DNA from: an uncultured Verrucomicrobiae bacterium
GTDB lineage: Bacteria; Verrucomicrobiota; Verrucomicrobiia; Chthoniobacterales; JAFAMB01
Direction: 5' to 3'
Length of the DNA stretch: 64,000 nt
Assembly: GCA_963813025.1 (NCBI GenBank)
Contig: CAWEXO010000011.1
Span: 800,001-864,000, forward strand
Shown: one piece after another, positions 17,775 to 28,419 of the stretch
Layout of the letters: every line of letters begins with the position of its first letter
Numbering within the stretch: position 1 is the stretch's first letter
Position numbers and translations under genes: made by a program
The notes under the pieces: model-generated
The model's input: the letters and a program-made list of their open reading frames with translations, nothing else
The model's database searches: none
What the model was told of the DNA's origin: nothing

Positions 17775-18746
17775 ATGGATTATTCGAATCGGGTTCCCCC
17801 TGAACGCATGAAGACGGTCATGGTGGTCGATGATCTGCCTGCGAACCTGGACGTATTGCTCGGCTATCTGAACGGTGCAGGTTACCGCGTTTTAGTCGCG
17901 GAGACCGGAAAACGCTGCCTGGAACAACTGGAACGGGAACTGCCTGACATCATCCTTCTCGACCTGATGATGCCGGGAATCGACGGGATTGAGACCTGCC
18001 GTCAGATCAAGAAACGGCCAGCGTGGAGCCGTATTCCGATCATTGTGATCACCGCCGCGGACGAGTTGACAAAAAAGCTCGAGTCTTTTGCGGTCGGTGC
18101 CGTGGATTTCTTGACCAAACCGATTCAACCGGAAGAGGTGCAAGCCAGGGTGCAAACACACCTGAAAATCCGGGAACTCCAAGCACAGCTGGAACAAAAG
18201 AACGGAGAACTTGCCGAAGAAATCGAGCTTCGGCTTGACGCGGAAAAGCAGCTCGAGGCCTCACTGGAACAGGCTTTGCTCGTGGCCAATCATCACGGCG
18301 AAATCCTGTTCGCGACGCGGCAAGGACGAATCCTGCTCAGCAGTTTCTTCGACAAGCTTTCGCCCAACGAGCTGCCGAAAGAACTAGTCAACTGGATGCG
18401 CGGCCCCAACAGTTTAAAACCTTTGGCGGTCACCCATCCGAAGAAAGGCGAGATCGAAATTGATGTTTTCTCTTTGCCCAATTCTAAAAATGTCTCCCTG
18501 CTCCGGATTGAACAAAGGACGGGAGACAACGGTCCGAAGGCGCTGCTTTCGCTCGGCCTGACGGCGCGCGAAGCGGAGGTGCTGTACTGGATGGCAGAGG
18601 GAAAAACGAACCCGGAGATCGCCATTATTCTGGACGCTTCGCTCAATACGGTAAAAAAACACGCCAATAATTTGTTCGCAAAACTGGGGGTCGAAACACG
18701 AACCGGCGCGGCGCGGCTTGCTTTGAGCGTGCTCTCGCCCGCCTGA
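17775..18746 (+). CDS. response regulator (REC plus LuxR-type HTH)
   Basis: VMVVDD, LLDLMMPGIDG, KP; C-terminal LTAREAEVL...GKTNPEIA...TVKKH. Confidence 0.93.
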   Translation: MDYSNRVPPERMKTVMVVDDLPANLDVLLGYLNGAGYRVLVAETGKRCLEQLERELPDIILLDLMMPGIDGIETCRQIKKRPAWSRIPIIVITAADELTKKLESFAVGAVDFLTKPIQPEEVQARVQTHLKIRELQAQLEQKNGELAEEIELRLDAEKQLEASLEQALLVANHHGEILFATRQGRILLSSFFDKLSPNELPKELVNWMRGPNSLKPLAVTHPKKGEIEIDVFSLPNSKNVSLLRIEQRTGDNGPKALLSLGLTAREAEVLYWMAEGKTNPEIAIILDASLNTVKKHANNLFAKLGVETRTGAARLALSVLSPA

Positions 18747-18924
18747 AGGGTCTGTCTGACTTTTGACTCTTTCGATGAAGGCTCCTCCTTCGCTAAAGCT
18801 TCGGCGGACACGTCAGATGAAGAGACTGTCCCACAAGGCGGCTTTTGCCCATGTCTCACCCGTTTGGGTGATTTCGTCATGCCAACTCTCAAGCTATAAA
18901 ACAGCGGTAATGACGTCGGGAATA

Positions 18925-19014
18925 ACGGCGTTGCGCTTGATTCCGAGCCGGGTCAGGGTCGAGCAGCCGGGGGGAATGCGAAACCTCGCCGCTCGGAATC
19001 AAACGCAACGCCGT
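18925..19014. repeat. long intergenic hairpin (24-bp stem, 42-nt loop)
   Basis: acggcgttgcgcttgattccgagc / gctcggaatcaaacgcaacgccgt, 23 of 24 complementary. Confidence 0.8.
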
Positions 19015-19127
19015 CTTCGCCAGGGCCAGAGAGTCCTTTTTTTTGCGGATTGAGTGCCGAAAGAATAGATTTTTTCGGCAATTTTCTGGCTGGGCTTTTT
19101 TCTGCCGAAGCCTACGCTTCTCGTTGA

Positions 19128-19355
19128 ATGAGATCATTGGTAGCTTTCCTCGTCGGTCTGATTATCGGCGGCGTGTCAATTCTGTTTTTACCAGATACGC
19201 GGCGCGAGAATCTGAATACGGAGCTCCGGGCGCAAGTCGAAACTTTGCAGAAGCAAATACACGATTTTGGAGGTCAACTGAAGGACCTCAAACTACCTAC
19301 TCCGGAGGCTTCGACGCCAGCGCCTTCCCCGACAGCAACACCAACACCGCAGTAG
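19128..19355 (+). CDS. small membrane-anchored coiled-coil protein
   Basis: N-terminal TM helix, coiled coil, Pro/Thr tail; 7 nt before the CYTH gene. Confidence 0.75.
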   Translation: MRSLVAFLVGLIIGGVSILFLPDTRRENLNTELRAQVETLQKQIHDFGGQLKDLKLPTPEASTPAPSPTATPTPQ

Positions 19356-19362
19356 TCGCGCG

Positions 19363-19818
19363 ATGGAGGCGGAGATCGAGCGCAAATTTCTGGTTGACCG
19401 TCTTCCGTCCGGTCTGGAAAGAGCTCAACAGATTGAGCAGGGTTATCTGGGACTGGGCGCCGACGCTCAGGCGGGCGTTCGAGTGCGCCGGGTCGATTCC
19501 ACACGCGCGTTTCTCACCGTGAAAGGCGGCCGGGGCATACGCCGGGTCGAGGTCGAGTTGCCGCTGACCCCGGAGCAGTTTGCTGCCTTGTGGCCACTGA
19601 CGGAGGGGCGCCGGCTGATCAAGAAAAGATACAAGGTTGCGTTGAACCAGGGACTTTCGGTTGATCTGGACCTTTATGAAGACCAGCTTGCCGGATTGAT
19701 CACCGCGGAAGTGGAGTTTCCATCTGAAGCCGCCGCGAAAGCCTTTGAGCCGCCATCCTGGTTTGGCGGAGAGGTAACGGGCGAAGTAAAGTACCTGAAT
19801 TCGAGCTTGGCGCACTAG
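19363..19818 (+). CDS. CYTH domain protein (triphosphate tunnel metalloenzyme)
   Basis: EIERKFLV, IEQGYL, RVR, LTVKG, R.EVE, KKRY, AEVEF. Confidence 0.93.
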   Translation: MEAEIERKFLVDRLPSGLERAQQIEQGYLGLGADAQAGVRVRRVDSTRAFLTVKGGRGIRRVEVELPLTPEQFAALWPLTEGRRLIKKRYKVALNQGLSVDLDLYEDQLAGLITAEVEFPSEAAAKAFEPPSWFGGEVTGEVKYLNSSLAH

Positions 19819-19837
19819 TGCGCGTCGCTCCCAAATT

Positions 19838-20884
19838 TTACGGATTTGCGTGCGATGCAGGCTGTGACACGGCGGCGTTTCCGTTTCCAGTGATCTTTTC
19901 TTTGGGGAGGTTATGCCAAATTTCCCAATAGGCTCGTAGACGTCTTTCGAATTGGCGCGGTTTTTCGACGTAAACGCGGCAAGCGATATCGAGCGCAGCA
20001 GCCTTTAGCTTTCCCTGTCTTTGGTCAATGGCGTGCAGCAAGGTGAGTCGATCTTCCGCCGCCTGCTGCGTAGCTCGCTCAGAGTAGGGTTCCTGATTGA
20101 TTCTCGTTCGGAGAACGGCGAGATCATGATTTTTGCCGAGCAAATCGGTCAAATCATCCAGTTCATCAATCAAGCGCTTGAGAGGACCCGGCCAGATTGG
20201 GCGCATCAAGCGAAGCTGGTAACCGAGAGTCTTTGCGTGTTTCCGGAGCTGGTGCCAGTTTTCTTCGGCGAAGTTCCCCGGCCCGATGAATTGGCATTGT
20301 CGTAGGTAATTGCGGCCCTTGCGGTAGGATTCCCTCAGACCTTCGCGAAAAAGTGCGTTCCAGCACGGCTTGTCGGCGTCGGGCGCCGCTGTCAGCCAAA
20401 GCGATAATCGTTGGCGAATTGCGCGAAGCGAACGCAGCGATTCCTGGAGAGTAGGGACCGCGATTTTTGTCCGGACATCCTGTTCCAGTTCCCGCCGGAT
20501 TCTGGCTGCGCTCGCTGGGTTCCAGGCAGATTCCGGTGGACGAGAGTTGCGGTCCGAGGCAAGCAGTTCGTCGAGCGTTTCCATCATTACCTGGGCATCC
20601 CGGCTGCGCGAAAGTGTTCGACCGCTGTCCCGGAATATTAGATTATCCTCCCGCCATTCTTCGGGCGTCATCGCGGAACGCACAAGACGCAGGAGTGCCC
20701 TCAGGCTCTTCAGATCTTTTCTGGCATCGTGGATGTCCTTTGCGTTCGGGCTTGGTTTTCGGGAAAGGTTTCGCAGCACACGGTTAACGCGCTCACGGGC
20801 AACGCGTTTGACGCCGTCGGACCCGGACTCTTTTTGTTCGAAGCGGAAAGCCATGGAATCAGGATTACGCTCCGCTAGCGACAT
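19838..20884 (-). CDS. CHAD domain-containing protein
   Basis: IHDARKDLKSLRALLRL, RDAQV, HQLRKHAK.L.YQ, LG..HDLAVL; start may be ~30 nt downstream (MAFRF). Confidence 0.9.
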   Translation of the reverse strand: MSLAERNPDSMAFRFEQKESGSDGVKRVARERVNRVLRNLSRKPSPNAKDIHDARKDLKSLRALLRLVRSAMTPEEWREDNLIFRDSGRTLSRSRDAQVMMETLDELLASDRNSRPPESAWNPASAARIRRELEQDVRTKIAVPTLQESLRSLRAIRQRLSLWLTAAPDADKPCWNALFREGLRESYRKGRNYLRQCQFIGPGNFAEENWHQLRKHAKTLGYQLRLMRPIWPGPLKRLIDELDDLTDLLGKNHDLAVLRTRINQEPYSERATQQAAEDRLTLLHAIDQRQGKLKAAALDIACRVYVEKPRQFERRLRAYWEIWHNLPKEKITGNGNAAVSQPASHANP

Positions 20885-21258
20885 TGGAAGTTCAACTGTG
20901 AGCGAGGGCTTGGCCAGAGCGAAGTTATTTCGAGCCGCTTTCGAAGTGGTGTTAAGGACGAGGAGCGGGTAGGGATGAGCTCCTGGATGAGCTCCCGACT
21001 ACGGACAAGCCTTAGCCGCGGGCGGATATGGAATGCCGCAACGCTTTCGCCGGAAGGCGCGCCGTAGCGCTTGCGGAGGCAGCCTGACAACCACCATGGC
21101 ATCTACCGAGCTTGGGTGTTGAGAGACAATCTCTTTTATTCGAGCACAACGTCCATCATCTCGAAAAATCACCGATCTACCGGGAGAAACCTGGTGAGAT
21201 GCGGATTCACAGCTCGCGTGCCGGGCCGATTTTTCAGCTCTCGCCGCGCTGCGCCACG

Positions 21259-22098
21259 TTATCCTTTTACCGCACCTGCCGTGAGACCTTCCACGATCCG
21301 ATATTGGAAGATCAAGACGAGGAGCACCAACGGCACCGTCACCACCATCGAACCGGCCATAATCGAGCCCCACGGCTGTTCAAAAGCACTCGTACCGGAG
21401 AATTGCGAGATGACGACCGGTACAGTCTTCATGTTGTCGGTTATGGTAAAGGTCAGCGCGAAAAGAAACTCGTTCCAGGCGGCAATAAAAGCCAGCAACC
21501 CGGTGGAGACTAGACCGGGTAATGTCAACGGCAGCAGAATTTGCCAGAAAACTTTCAGCGGAGATGCACCGTCCACATACGCCGCTTCTTCCAGTTCGCG
21601 CGGCAGGCTGCGGAAGTACTGAGTCATCACCCAGATAGTAAAAGGCATAGTGAAAATCAGGTAGGTCAGGATGAGCCCTTGTCTGCTATTGAAAAGATTC
21701 AAGGTCTTGAGCATGATGAAGAGTCCCGAGAGGACAGCGATCTGGGGGAACATTGTCATCAAGAGGACCAGGTAAAGGACCGGACCCTTAAAACGAAAAG
21801 GCAACCGACCCAGGGCGTAGGCGCAGAGGCTGCCCAACCCAAGCGATATCAGGACGGTGCATCCAGCGATGATGATCGAATTAATCAAACTGCCGACAAA
21901 ACGCGGATCTTTGAAAACCGCCAGGTAGTTTTCCGGCGTGACTCGTCTCGGCCAGAGTTGGGTGGAAAAAAGATCACTCGGCGGCCGGAATGAAGAAATT
22001 ACTGCCCAGACAAATGGGAACAGGTTGAAGACCAGAATGATAGCGACCAGGACATAGAACAAAATGCGCAATAGAGGCGATTTATCGTTGTTATTCAT
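21259..22098 (-). CDS. carbohydrate ABC transporter permease (MalG/ThuG-like)
   Basis: EAA loop ELEEAAYVDGAS, AWNEFLFA. Confidence 0.95.
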   Translation of the reverse strand: MNNNDKSPLLRILFYVLVAIILVFNLFPFVWAVISSFRPPSDLFSTQLWPRRVTPENYLAVFKDPRFVGSLINSIIIAGCTVLISLGLGSLCAYALGRLPFRFKGPVLYLVLLMTMFPQIAVLSGLFIMLKTLNLFNSRQGLILTYLIFTMPFTIWVMTQYFRSLPRELEEAAYVDGASPLKVFWQILLPLTLPGLVSTGLLAFIAAWNEFLFALTFTITDNMKTVPVVISQFSGTSAFEQPWGSIMAGSMVVTVPLVLLVLIFQYRIVEGLTAGAVKG

Positions 22099-22982
22099 TC
22101 GAAGCTGGTTCGGCTGAGCCGGGTGTAAAGAAAAACGAACACCATAATAAACAGCAGGATGATCACGGAAGTCGCCGACCCCACGCCCGCGTCAAGGAAC
22201 GAGATGAGCTGTTGTTGGTTGTAGGTCGCCATGGTCTGCAGGTTACCCTGCCCTCCAACCATCACGTAAAAAATATCGAACACTCGCAGCGCATCGAGCG
22301 TCCGGAAGATCAAGGCGACCAGCAAAGTAGGCATAACCAGCGGCAGGGTAATGGCCCAGAACTGTTTTGTCCCGGTTGCCCCATCGATTGCACCCGCTTC
22401 ATAGAGGTCCTTGGGGATCAACTGCAAACCGGCGAGGAGCAAAAGCGCCATAAACGGCGTTGTCTTCCAGACATCGACCGCAATGATCACCGGGAGGGCC
22501 GTTGCCGGGGTCGCCAGCCAGGCCAGTTTATGCGGAATGATGTGCAGCGCGGCCAGAATGATGTTAGCCACCCCATAGATATCGTTAAACATCCATCGCC
22601 AGATCTGCGAAGAAACGACTGTCGGAATCGCCCAGGGAATCAAGATCGCCACCCGCAGGAAGGTGCGACCTTTGAATTTAGAGTTGGCGACCAGAGCAAC
22701 ACCCAATCCGAGCACCGTTTCGATCACGACCGAACAAACTGTAAAGATCAACGTGATGACGACTGCGTGCCAAAAGTCAGGGTCGGTAAAAATAAAGACA
22801 TAATTATTGAACCCGATAAAACTCGCCGGGGTGACCCCGTCGAGTTTGTACTTCATGAACGAATAAACGATGACTTGGGCAAGCGGGTAACCAATGATCA
22901 GAAAGACCACGAGGACCGCGGGAATAATGAGATACCACGCCAAACGTTTTTGGCGCGCGTAGAGGTCGATCTCTTTGGGCAC
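22095..22982 (-). CDS. carbohydrate ABC transporter permease (MalF/ThuF-like)
   Basis: DVWKTTPFMALLLLAGLQ.IP.DLYEAGAIDGA; 4-nt overlap with the next gene. Confidence 0.95.
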   Translation of the reverse strand: MPKEIDLYARQKRLAWYLIIPAVLVVFLIIGYPLAQVIVYSFMKYKLDGVTPASFIGFNNYVFIFTDPDFWHAVVITLIFTVCSVVIETVLGLGVALVANSKFKGRTFLRVAILIPWAIPTVVSSQIWRWMFNDIYGVANIILAALHIIPHKLAWLATPATALPVIIAVDVWKTTPFMALLLLAGLQLIPKDLYEAGAIDGATGTKQFWAITLPLVMPTLLVALIFRTLDALRVFDIFYVMVGGQGNLQTMATYNQQQLISFLDAGVGSATSVIILLFIMVFVFLYTRLSRTSFE

Positions 22983-23006
22983 CTTGCGGACCAGGTTAGC
23001 TGTTAT

Positions 23007-24302
23007 CTACCGAACAATCCGTTTGGCCACACGCTCAACGTCTTGCACAGCTTGCTGCGCTGACGTGCCGCCAGTCAACACCTTGTTTACGCCTTGAAAA
23101 AACGCGGTAGAAACCTGGTTATAATCCGCTCCCGTCACGGTGGAAGGACGAGCAATGGCGTTGTTCAACACGTCTAACGCGTTAGTAAACCACTTCTCCT
23201 TCGCGAGGACATCCGAATCCTTGTAGAGAGCCGGTCTGGTCGGCAACTGGCTGAGTTCGATTGCGCGCTTTTTCTGAGCGGCGTCAGAAGTGAGGTAGCG
23301 AACCAGGTCCGCGGCTACGTCCGGATTTTTGGAGTACTTCGCCACCATCAGTTGCCAGCCACCGAGGCAGGCCGCATTCTTCCCGTTTTCTCCGCCTTTC
23401 GGAAGAACACCGGCATCAAACTTCCCGGAAATCGCGCTCTTCGGATCAGCGCCCAGGGCGTAAGCGTAAGGCCAGTTGCGCATAAACGCGGCGTTTCCTT
23501 GCTGCCAGACATTGCGGGCGTCTTCCTCGCTATAGGTCACGACGCCCCGGGGAGAGATGGTGCCAACCCAGCTCTTGGCTGTCTCCAGGGCCTTGATCGC
23601 CTCAGGGTTGTTGATCGTAACCTTCTTATTTTGGTCAATGATGGTCCCGCCGCCGTAGCTGTAGATCCATTCGATCGCGTTGCACGTAACGCTCTCGCTG
23701 GCTTTTCCCTGGAAAACAAACCCTTGAAAGTCCGGTTTGCCGGCCGCGCGTTCGCCGTCCTGAATCTTTTTCGCCATTTCGGCTAGCTCTTCCCAGGTTT
23801 TTGGTGGCCCTTTATATCCGTATTTTTCGAGGAGATCAGTCCGATAGAAAAGGAGCCCGGCGTCCGTAAAGAATGGCATCGCGACCAGTTGCCCCTTTAC
23901 CGTGTTGTTCTGGATGATTCGCGGGAAATGCTGGCTGATTTCGTCTTCCTTGAAATATTTTTTCAGATCAACGGCATGTGGAGCGGCGATGCCCGGCCAA
24001 ATGACATCGACCATGTAAACATCGACATCCGAGCTGTGCGCCGCCCAATATTGCTGAAACTGCTGCAGGGTAGCCGACGCGTCATTCGGGCGGCTGACGT
24101 ACACGAGCTTGTTGCCCGTCTTCTGGGCCCATTCTTCGGCGAGAGCTTTTGTCCAGCGCCCGCCTTCGCCGACATCAGAATCGCCAGCAAACGTGATGGT
24201 TACTCCGGCCGAAAAGCCGGACTGGGAAAATAAAAGCGAGCTAACCGCGGTTAGCAACAAGGGGCGCAAGAAACGCGATCGGACAGAATGGAGTGCCTTC
24301 AT
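23007..24302 (-). CDS. sugar ABC transporter substrate-binding protein (trehalose/maltose-like)
   Basis: Signal peptide, DVIWPG, PFFTDAGLLFYRTDLL, FMRNWPYA, LGGWQL. Confidence 0.92.
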   Translation of the reverse strand: MKALHSVRSRFLRPLLLTAVSSLLFSQSGFSAGVTITFAGDSDVGEGGRWTKALAEEWAQKTGNKLVYVSRPNDASATLQQFQQYWAAHSSDVDVYMVDVIWPGIAAPHAVDLKKYFKEDEISQHFPRIIQNNTVKGQLVAMPFFTDAGLLFYRTDLLEKYGYKGPPKTWEELAEMAKKIQDGERAAGKPDFQGFVFQGKASESVTCNAIEWIYSYGGGTIIDQNKKVTINNPEAIKALETAKSWVGTISPRGVVTYSEEDARNVWQQGNAAFMRNWPYAYALGADPKSAISGKFDAGVLPKGGENGKNAACLGGWQLMVAKYSKNPDVAADLVRYLTSDAAQKKRAIELSQLPTRPALYKDSDVLAKEKWFTNALDVLNNAIARPSTVTGADYNQVSTAFFQGVNKVLTGGTSAQQAVQDVERVAKRIVR

Positions 24303-24388
24303 TTGGGGGAAAGACCTTAGATAGGGTTGAATACGAGTAAACAGGGCAGGTAAGAACGTGTCAAGAAATGTCAGCAGAGTAATGCGGA

Positions 24389-24545
24389 GGGTTTCGGGTT
24401 TCACGTTTTCTCGGGATGCCGCCGCGCGGGTTGGCAAGTGCTCTCGAGCAAAACGCACCTGTGCTGCCTACCTTCCCAGATACGGACCGGGCTGTCCGCG
24501 CTACCTGGGGCGGCCGGAAACGCCAAACGTGAAACCCGAAACGCC
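24389..24545. repeat. GGGTTTC heptamer repeats forming an inverted pair
   Basis: gggtttcgggtttcacgttt ... aaacgtgaaacccgaaac. Confidence 0.65.
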
Positions 24546-24746
24546 TCAGCAGCAGCCGCGAAATTTGCCCTTCCCCACATCATATCTCGCCTTTTGACGT
24601 TCCCGAAAGAACTCCGGATAACTCATGATGGGTTCGTCGGGATGCCGCGACTTTCGATGCGCGACATAGGCCTCATAATCCGGAACGCCCACCATCAGTC
24701 GCGCGGTGCGGACGAGCAGAGCCCGAATTTGGCGCAGGTTAGCCAT
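24546..24746 (-). CDS. YbdD/YjiX (DUF466) CstA-associated protein
   Basis: ARLMVGVPDYEAYVAH....HPDEP.MSY.EFFRERQ.ARY, C-terminal CC; overlaps the cstA stop. Confidence 0.93.
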   Translation of the reverse strand: MANLRQIRALLVRTARLMVGVPDYEAYVAHRKSRHPDEPIMSYPEFFRERQKARYDVGKGKFRGCC

Positions 24747-26829
24747 GCGTGCCTTCGATCGCCGGGCCGATCGATCCGATCTCTACCGCGGACACTCGGG
24801 GATCGTTCACCGCCTTCAGAATGCCTACTATGCCGTAGTAGACGATGGCGAGCACGACGACGACAAACACTATAGCCAGACCCGCGTCAATGTAATCATT
24901 GAGAATGATCCGCTGCATTTCACCGATCGTCTTCGCGGGTGCGAGCAGTTTATCAGCAGAGAGCGCGTCACCGAACCGGCGAGCATGGGAGAGGAACCCG
25001 ATGGATGGGTTACTGCTGAAGATCTTCTGGAGACCGGCCGTCAACGTGCACACCAAAAGCCAGATCGTTGGCAGAATCGTTACCCAGGCGCCTGCCTGCC
25101 GCTTCATTTTGAAGAGCACCACAGTACAGAGCGTAAGGGCAATACCGGCCAACATCTGATTCGAGATCCCGAATAGCGGCCACAGAGTATTGATACCACC
25201 GAGCGGGTCGATGACGCCTTGATAGAGAATATAACCCCAAGCCACTACGGCCAGAGCCGATCCAATCACATTATTTCCCCACGATCTCGTGATCCGGAAA
25301 GCCGGTATCGCCATCCCGACGAGGTCCTGGATCATAAACCGCAATACACGGGTTCCCGCGTCTACGGTTGTCAGGATGAAAAGCGCCTCGAACAGAATCA
25401 CGAAATGATACCAGATGCCAATCAAGGCTCTCCCGCCGAGCAGATTCGAGAGGATCGTCGCCATGCCAACCGCGAGGGTTGGCGCGCCTCCGGTTCGCGA
25501 CAAAATAGTCTTCTCTCCGACATCGGCTGCGATCTGATTGATCACGTCCGGGCTGACGGCAAATCCCCAACCGGAGATTACCTGTCCTGCCTGGGCGGCA
25601 GTCGTACCGATAAGCGCTGCTGGACTGTTCATCGCGAAATAAACGCCGGGGTCGATGACGCTCGCGCCGATCAGCGCCATGATCGCCACAAAGGATTCCA
25701 TCAGCATGCCTCCGAAGCCGATGAAACGTATCTGCCGCTCGTTTTCGATCATTTTCGGTGTTGTGCCGGACGAAATCAGCGCGTGGAAACCGGATACCGC
25801 GCCGCAGGCGATGGTAATAAACAGGAAAGGAAACAGGCTGCCGGCAAAGACTGGTCCGGTACCGTCAATGAAGCGCGTGATGGACGGCATTTTGAGGGCC
25901 GGGCGAACCAGCACGATGCTGAGCGCGAGCAGCAGAATGGTACCAACTTTTAAAAAGGTGGAGAGATAATCTCTAGGTGCAAGCAACAGCCAGACGGGAA
26001 GGACAGAAGCGAAAAAGCCGTACAGCACGATCAGAAGGGCCAGCGTCTCACCCCGATAGTTAAAGAGAGCGGCCAGCGCTGCGGTGTCCGAGACCGTCCG
26101 TCCAAAAATCAAGGCCGCGAGGAGCAGCACAAACCCGATAATCGACATCTCAGCAATGCGCCCCGGTCGTATAAACCGGCTGTAGAGGCCCATAAGGAGA
26201 GCGATCGGAATCGTGCAGAACACGGTGAACGTACCCCACGGGCTCGCCGCGAGCGCCTTCACAACCACCAGCGCGAGGACGGCGAGGAGGATGATCATGA
26301 TAAGGACCAAGCCGACGAGAGCGAACATCCCGGGGACCGCTCCCATCTCGAAACGGATCATATCGCCCAGCGACTTTCCGTCCCGCCGGGTGGAGAGAAA
26401 CAGGACAATCATATCCTGAACTGCCCCGGCGAAGACAACGCCGGCCAGAATCCAGATGGTACTGGGTAGATAACCCATTTGAGCCGCCAGGACCGGCCCA
26501 ACTAGAGGACCCGCGCCCGCAATCGCCGCAAAGTGGTGTCCGAAGAGGACGAAACGATTGGTCGACACATAGTCGAGTCCGTCATTGTGCCGGTAGGCGG
26601 GAGTCTCGCGAGCCTCGTCAACGCGGAGGACCTGTCGTGCGATGTAGAGCGAATAGAATCGGTACGCGATGAGGTAAACGCAGACCGAGGCAATCACCAG
26701 CCAGGCGGCGTTGACGGTTTCCCCTCGACTCAGAGCAATTACTCCAAACGCGGCCGCGCCGAGCGCGGCAACGACGATCCACAAAACTCGATTGGTGGTG
26801 TTGCCAGGCGAACTCGACACAGCGCTCAT
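24739..26829 (-). CDS. cstA: carbon starvation protein A (peptide/pyruvate transporter)
   Basis: LFGHHFAAIAGAGPLVGP, LLAPRDYLSTF, ACGAVSGFH, LWPLFGISNQ. Confidence 0.97.
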   Translation of the reverse strand: MSAVSSSPGNTTNRVLWIVVAALGAAAFGVIALSRGETVNAAWLVIASVCVYLIAYRFYSLYIARQVLRVDEARETPAYRHNDGLDYVSTNRFVLFGHHFAAIAGAGPLVGPVLAAQMGYLPSTIWILAGVVFAGAVQDMIVLFLSTRRDGKSLGDMIRFEMGAVPGMFALVGLVLIMIILLAVLALVVVKALAASPWGTFTVFCTIPIALLMGLYSRFIRPGRIAEMSIIGFVLLLAALIFGRTVSDTAALAALFNYRGETLALLIVLYGFFASVLPVWLLLAPRDYLSTFLKVGTILLLALSIVLVRPALKMPSITRFIDGTGPVFAGSLFPFLFITIACGAVSGFHALISSGTTPKMIENERQIRFIGFGGMLMESFVAIMALIGASVIDPGVYFAMNSPAALIGTTAAQAGQVISGWGFAVSPDVINQIAADVGEKTILSRTGGAPTLAVGMATILSNLLGGRALIGIWYHFVILFEALFILTTVDAGTRVLRFMIQDLVGMAIPAFRITRSWGNNVIGSALAVVAWGYILYQGVIDPLGGINTLWPLFGISNQMLAGIALTLCTVVLFKMKRQAGAWVTILPTIWLLVCTLTAGLQKIFSSNPSIGFLSHARRFGDALSADKLLAPAKTIGEMQRIILNDYIDAGLAIVFVVVVLAIVYYGIVGILKAVNDPRVSAVEIGSIGPAIEGTHG

Positions 26830-26975
26830 ATGCTCAGCCGAAATTGGTGTTCAGTGGGTTCTCAATGCGTGCTTCCGATGAACCGAACGCCCGGGGGGTT
26901 GTACTTTGCGACGGGTGAAAAGAAGGTATAGCCACTTTGTGCGACTGTGCCAGTGGGTATTCGCGTTTTGCCAGC

Positions 26976-28337
26976 ATGCGAGTTTTGATCATCGACGACG
27001 AGAAAAATATACGGCAGGCATTGGCCACGACTTTGGAATCCGCGGGCCACGAAGCCGTTACCGCGGCATCCGGAACGGCCGGACTGCTTGAATTGCGAAA
27101 AGCGATCTATCAAGTGGTTTTTCTTGATCTGAAGCTGCAGGCGGAAAGCGGTTTGGACGTTCTAGGGGAGATCTTGCGGATCGACCCGAGCGCCGCGGTG
27201 GTCATCGTCACGGCGTACGCTTCCATCGAGACCGCGGTCGAAGCCATGCGGCGCGGCGCGTTTGATTACCTGCCGAAGCCCTGTACGCCGGATCAGGTTC
27301 GGCAAATCGTGACCCGCATCGCGCACTTGCGCGAACTCGAGCAGCGCGTGCGCGATTTGGAATCGCGCTTTCAGGACGAGTTTCCCGAGATCGAACTGCG
27401 CTCCGAATCGCCGCTGGTGAGGCGTGCCCTGGATATCGCGCTGAAAGCTGCTCCCACAGATGCTACGATTATGCTGCTGGGCGAGAGCGGTACCGGCAAG
27501 AGCGTGCTCGCCCGGATCATACATCAGCACAGTCGCCGCTCAGCCGCGGCGTTTGTGACAGTAAATTGCCCCAGCCTCTCACGCGATTTGCTGGAAAGTG
27601 AACTGTTCGGACACACCAAAGGGTCGTTCACCGGTGCCCACGCCGATACCATCGGGAAAGTCGCCCTGGCGGACGGCGGAACCCTGTTTCTTGATGAGAT
27701 CGGCGAACTGCCCCTTGAGATTCAAGCGAAGCTTTTGCGTCTCCTCCAGGATCGGGAATACGAGAAGGTGGGCGATCCTCATCCCCGGCAGGCGCAAGTC
27801 AGAGTCTTGGCCGCAACGAATCGCGATCTCGCGAAGGCGGTCGCCGAAGGGCGGTTTCGCGAGGATCTGTATTATCGGCTGAACGTGATTAGCATCCCGC
27901 TGCCTCCCTTGCGCGATCGAACCCTCGACCTTCGCCGGATCGCCGATAAGCAATTGCAGTTTTTCGCCAGTCGAGCCGGCAAAAAACTGACGGGCTTCAC
28001 CGGGCGCGCCCGCGAAGCAATGGAACAATATCGCTGGCCAGGCAATCTCCGAGAGCTGCGCAATGTCGTTGAACGCGCCGTAATTTTGGGATCGGGCGAG
28101 CAGATTGATTTGGATGATTTGGCGGAGCTCTTACCGAGGTCTCCAGAAATCCGTCTGGGAAGCCAGGTCAGCCTGCAAGACATCGAAAACGAGCATATCC
28201 GGCGGGTGCTGGCCAGTTCGCGTACGGTTGAACATGCCGCGGAGGTCCTCGGGATCGACCCGGCGACCTTGTATCGGCGGAAGAAAAAAATTGTAGGGCT
28301 GAGCGAGGCCGCCCTCAAACCGAGGAGGATTGTATGA
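26976..28337 (+). CDS. sigma-54-dependent response regulator (NtrC/AlgB-like)
   Basis: REC domain, [38 protein letters not shown], Fis-type HTH. Confidence 0.95.
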   Translation: MRVLIIDDEKNIRQALATTLESAGHEAVTAASGTAGLLELRKAIYQVVFLDLKLQAESGLDVLGEILRIDPSAAVVIVTAYASIETAVEAMRRGAFDYLPKPCTPDQVRQIVTRIAHLRELEQRVRDLESRFQDEFPEIELRSESPLVRRALDIALKAAPTDATIMLLGESGTGKSVLARIIHQHSRRSAAAFVTVNCPSLSRDLLESELFGHTKGSFTGAHADTIGKVALADGGTLFLDEIGELPLEIQAKLLRLLQDREYEKVGDPHPRQAQVRVLAATNRDLAKAVAEGRFREDLYYRLNVISIPLPPLRDRTLDLRRIADKQLQFFASRAGKKLTGFTGRAREAMEQYRWPGNLRELRNVVERAVILGSGEQIDLDDLAELLPRSPEIRLGSQVSLQDIENEHIRRVLASSRTVEHAAEVLGIDPATLYRRKKKIVGLSEAALKPRRIV

Positions 28338-28419
28338 GCAATGAATTGCCGGCTCAGTGTCTATCGGGTCGGGTTCGATTCTCTGCGAGCAGAATTTAAT
28401 TTCTTGATTTCCCGTTGCC

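Noticed and set aside
18949..18972. SRP RNA (ffs)
   Set aside because: GTCAGG and AGCAGC are only 4 nt apart, without the conserved stem and GNRA tetraloop; kept only as an unexplained hairpin.
21259..24302. Missing ATPase in the sugar ABC cluster (and in the 56065-59885 cluster)
   Set aside because: Shared, unlinked ATPases are common, so absence from the window is not informative.
24500..24560. Selenocysteine read-through at the TGA of the YbdD/YjiX gene
   Set aside because: The protein already ends in the usual Cys-Cys, and the downstream sequence is a GGGTTTC repeat tract with no convincing SECIS.
27620..27640. GSFTGA in place of GAFTGA in the sigma-54 activator
   Set aside because: GSFTGA is a common functional variant.
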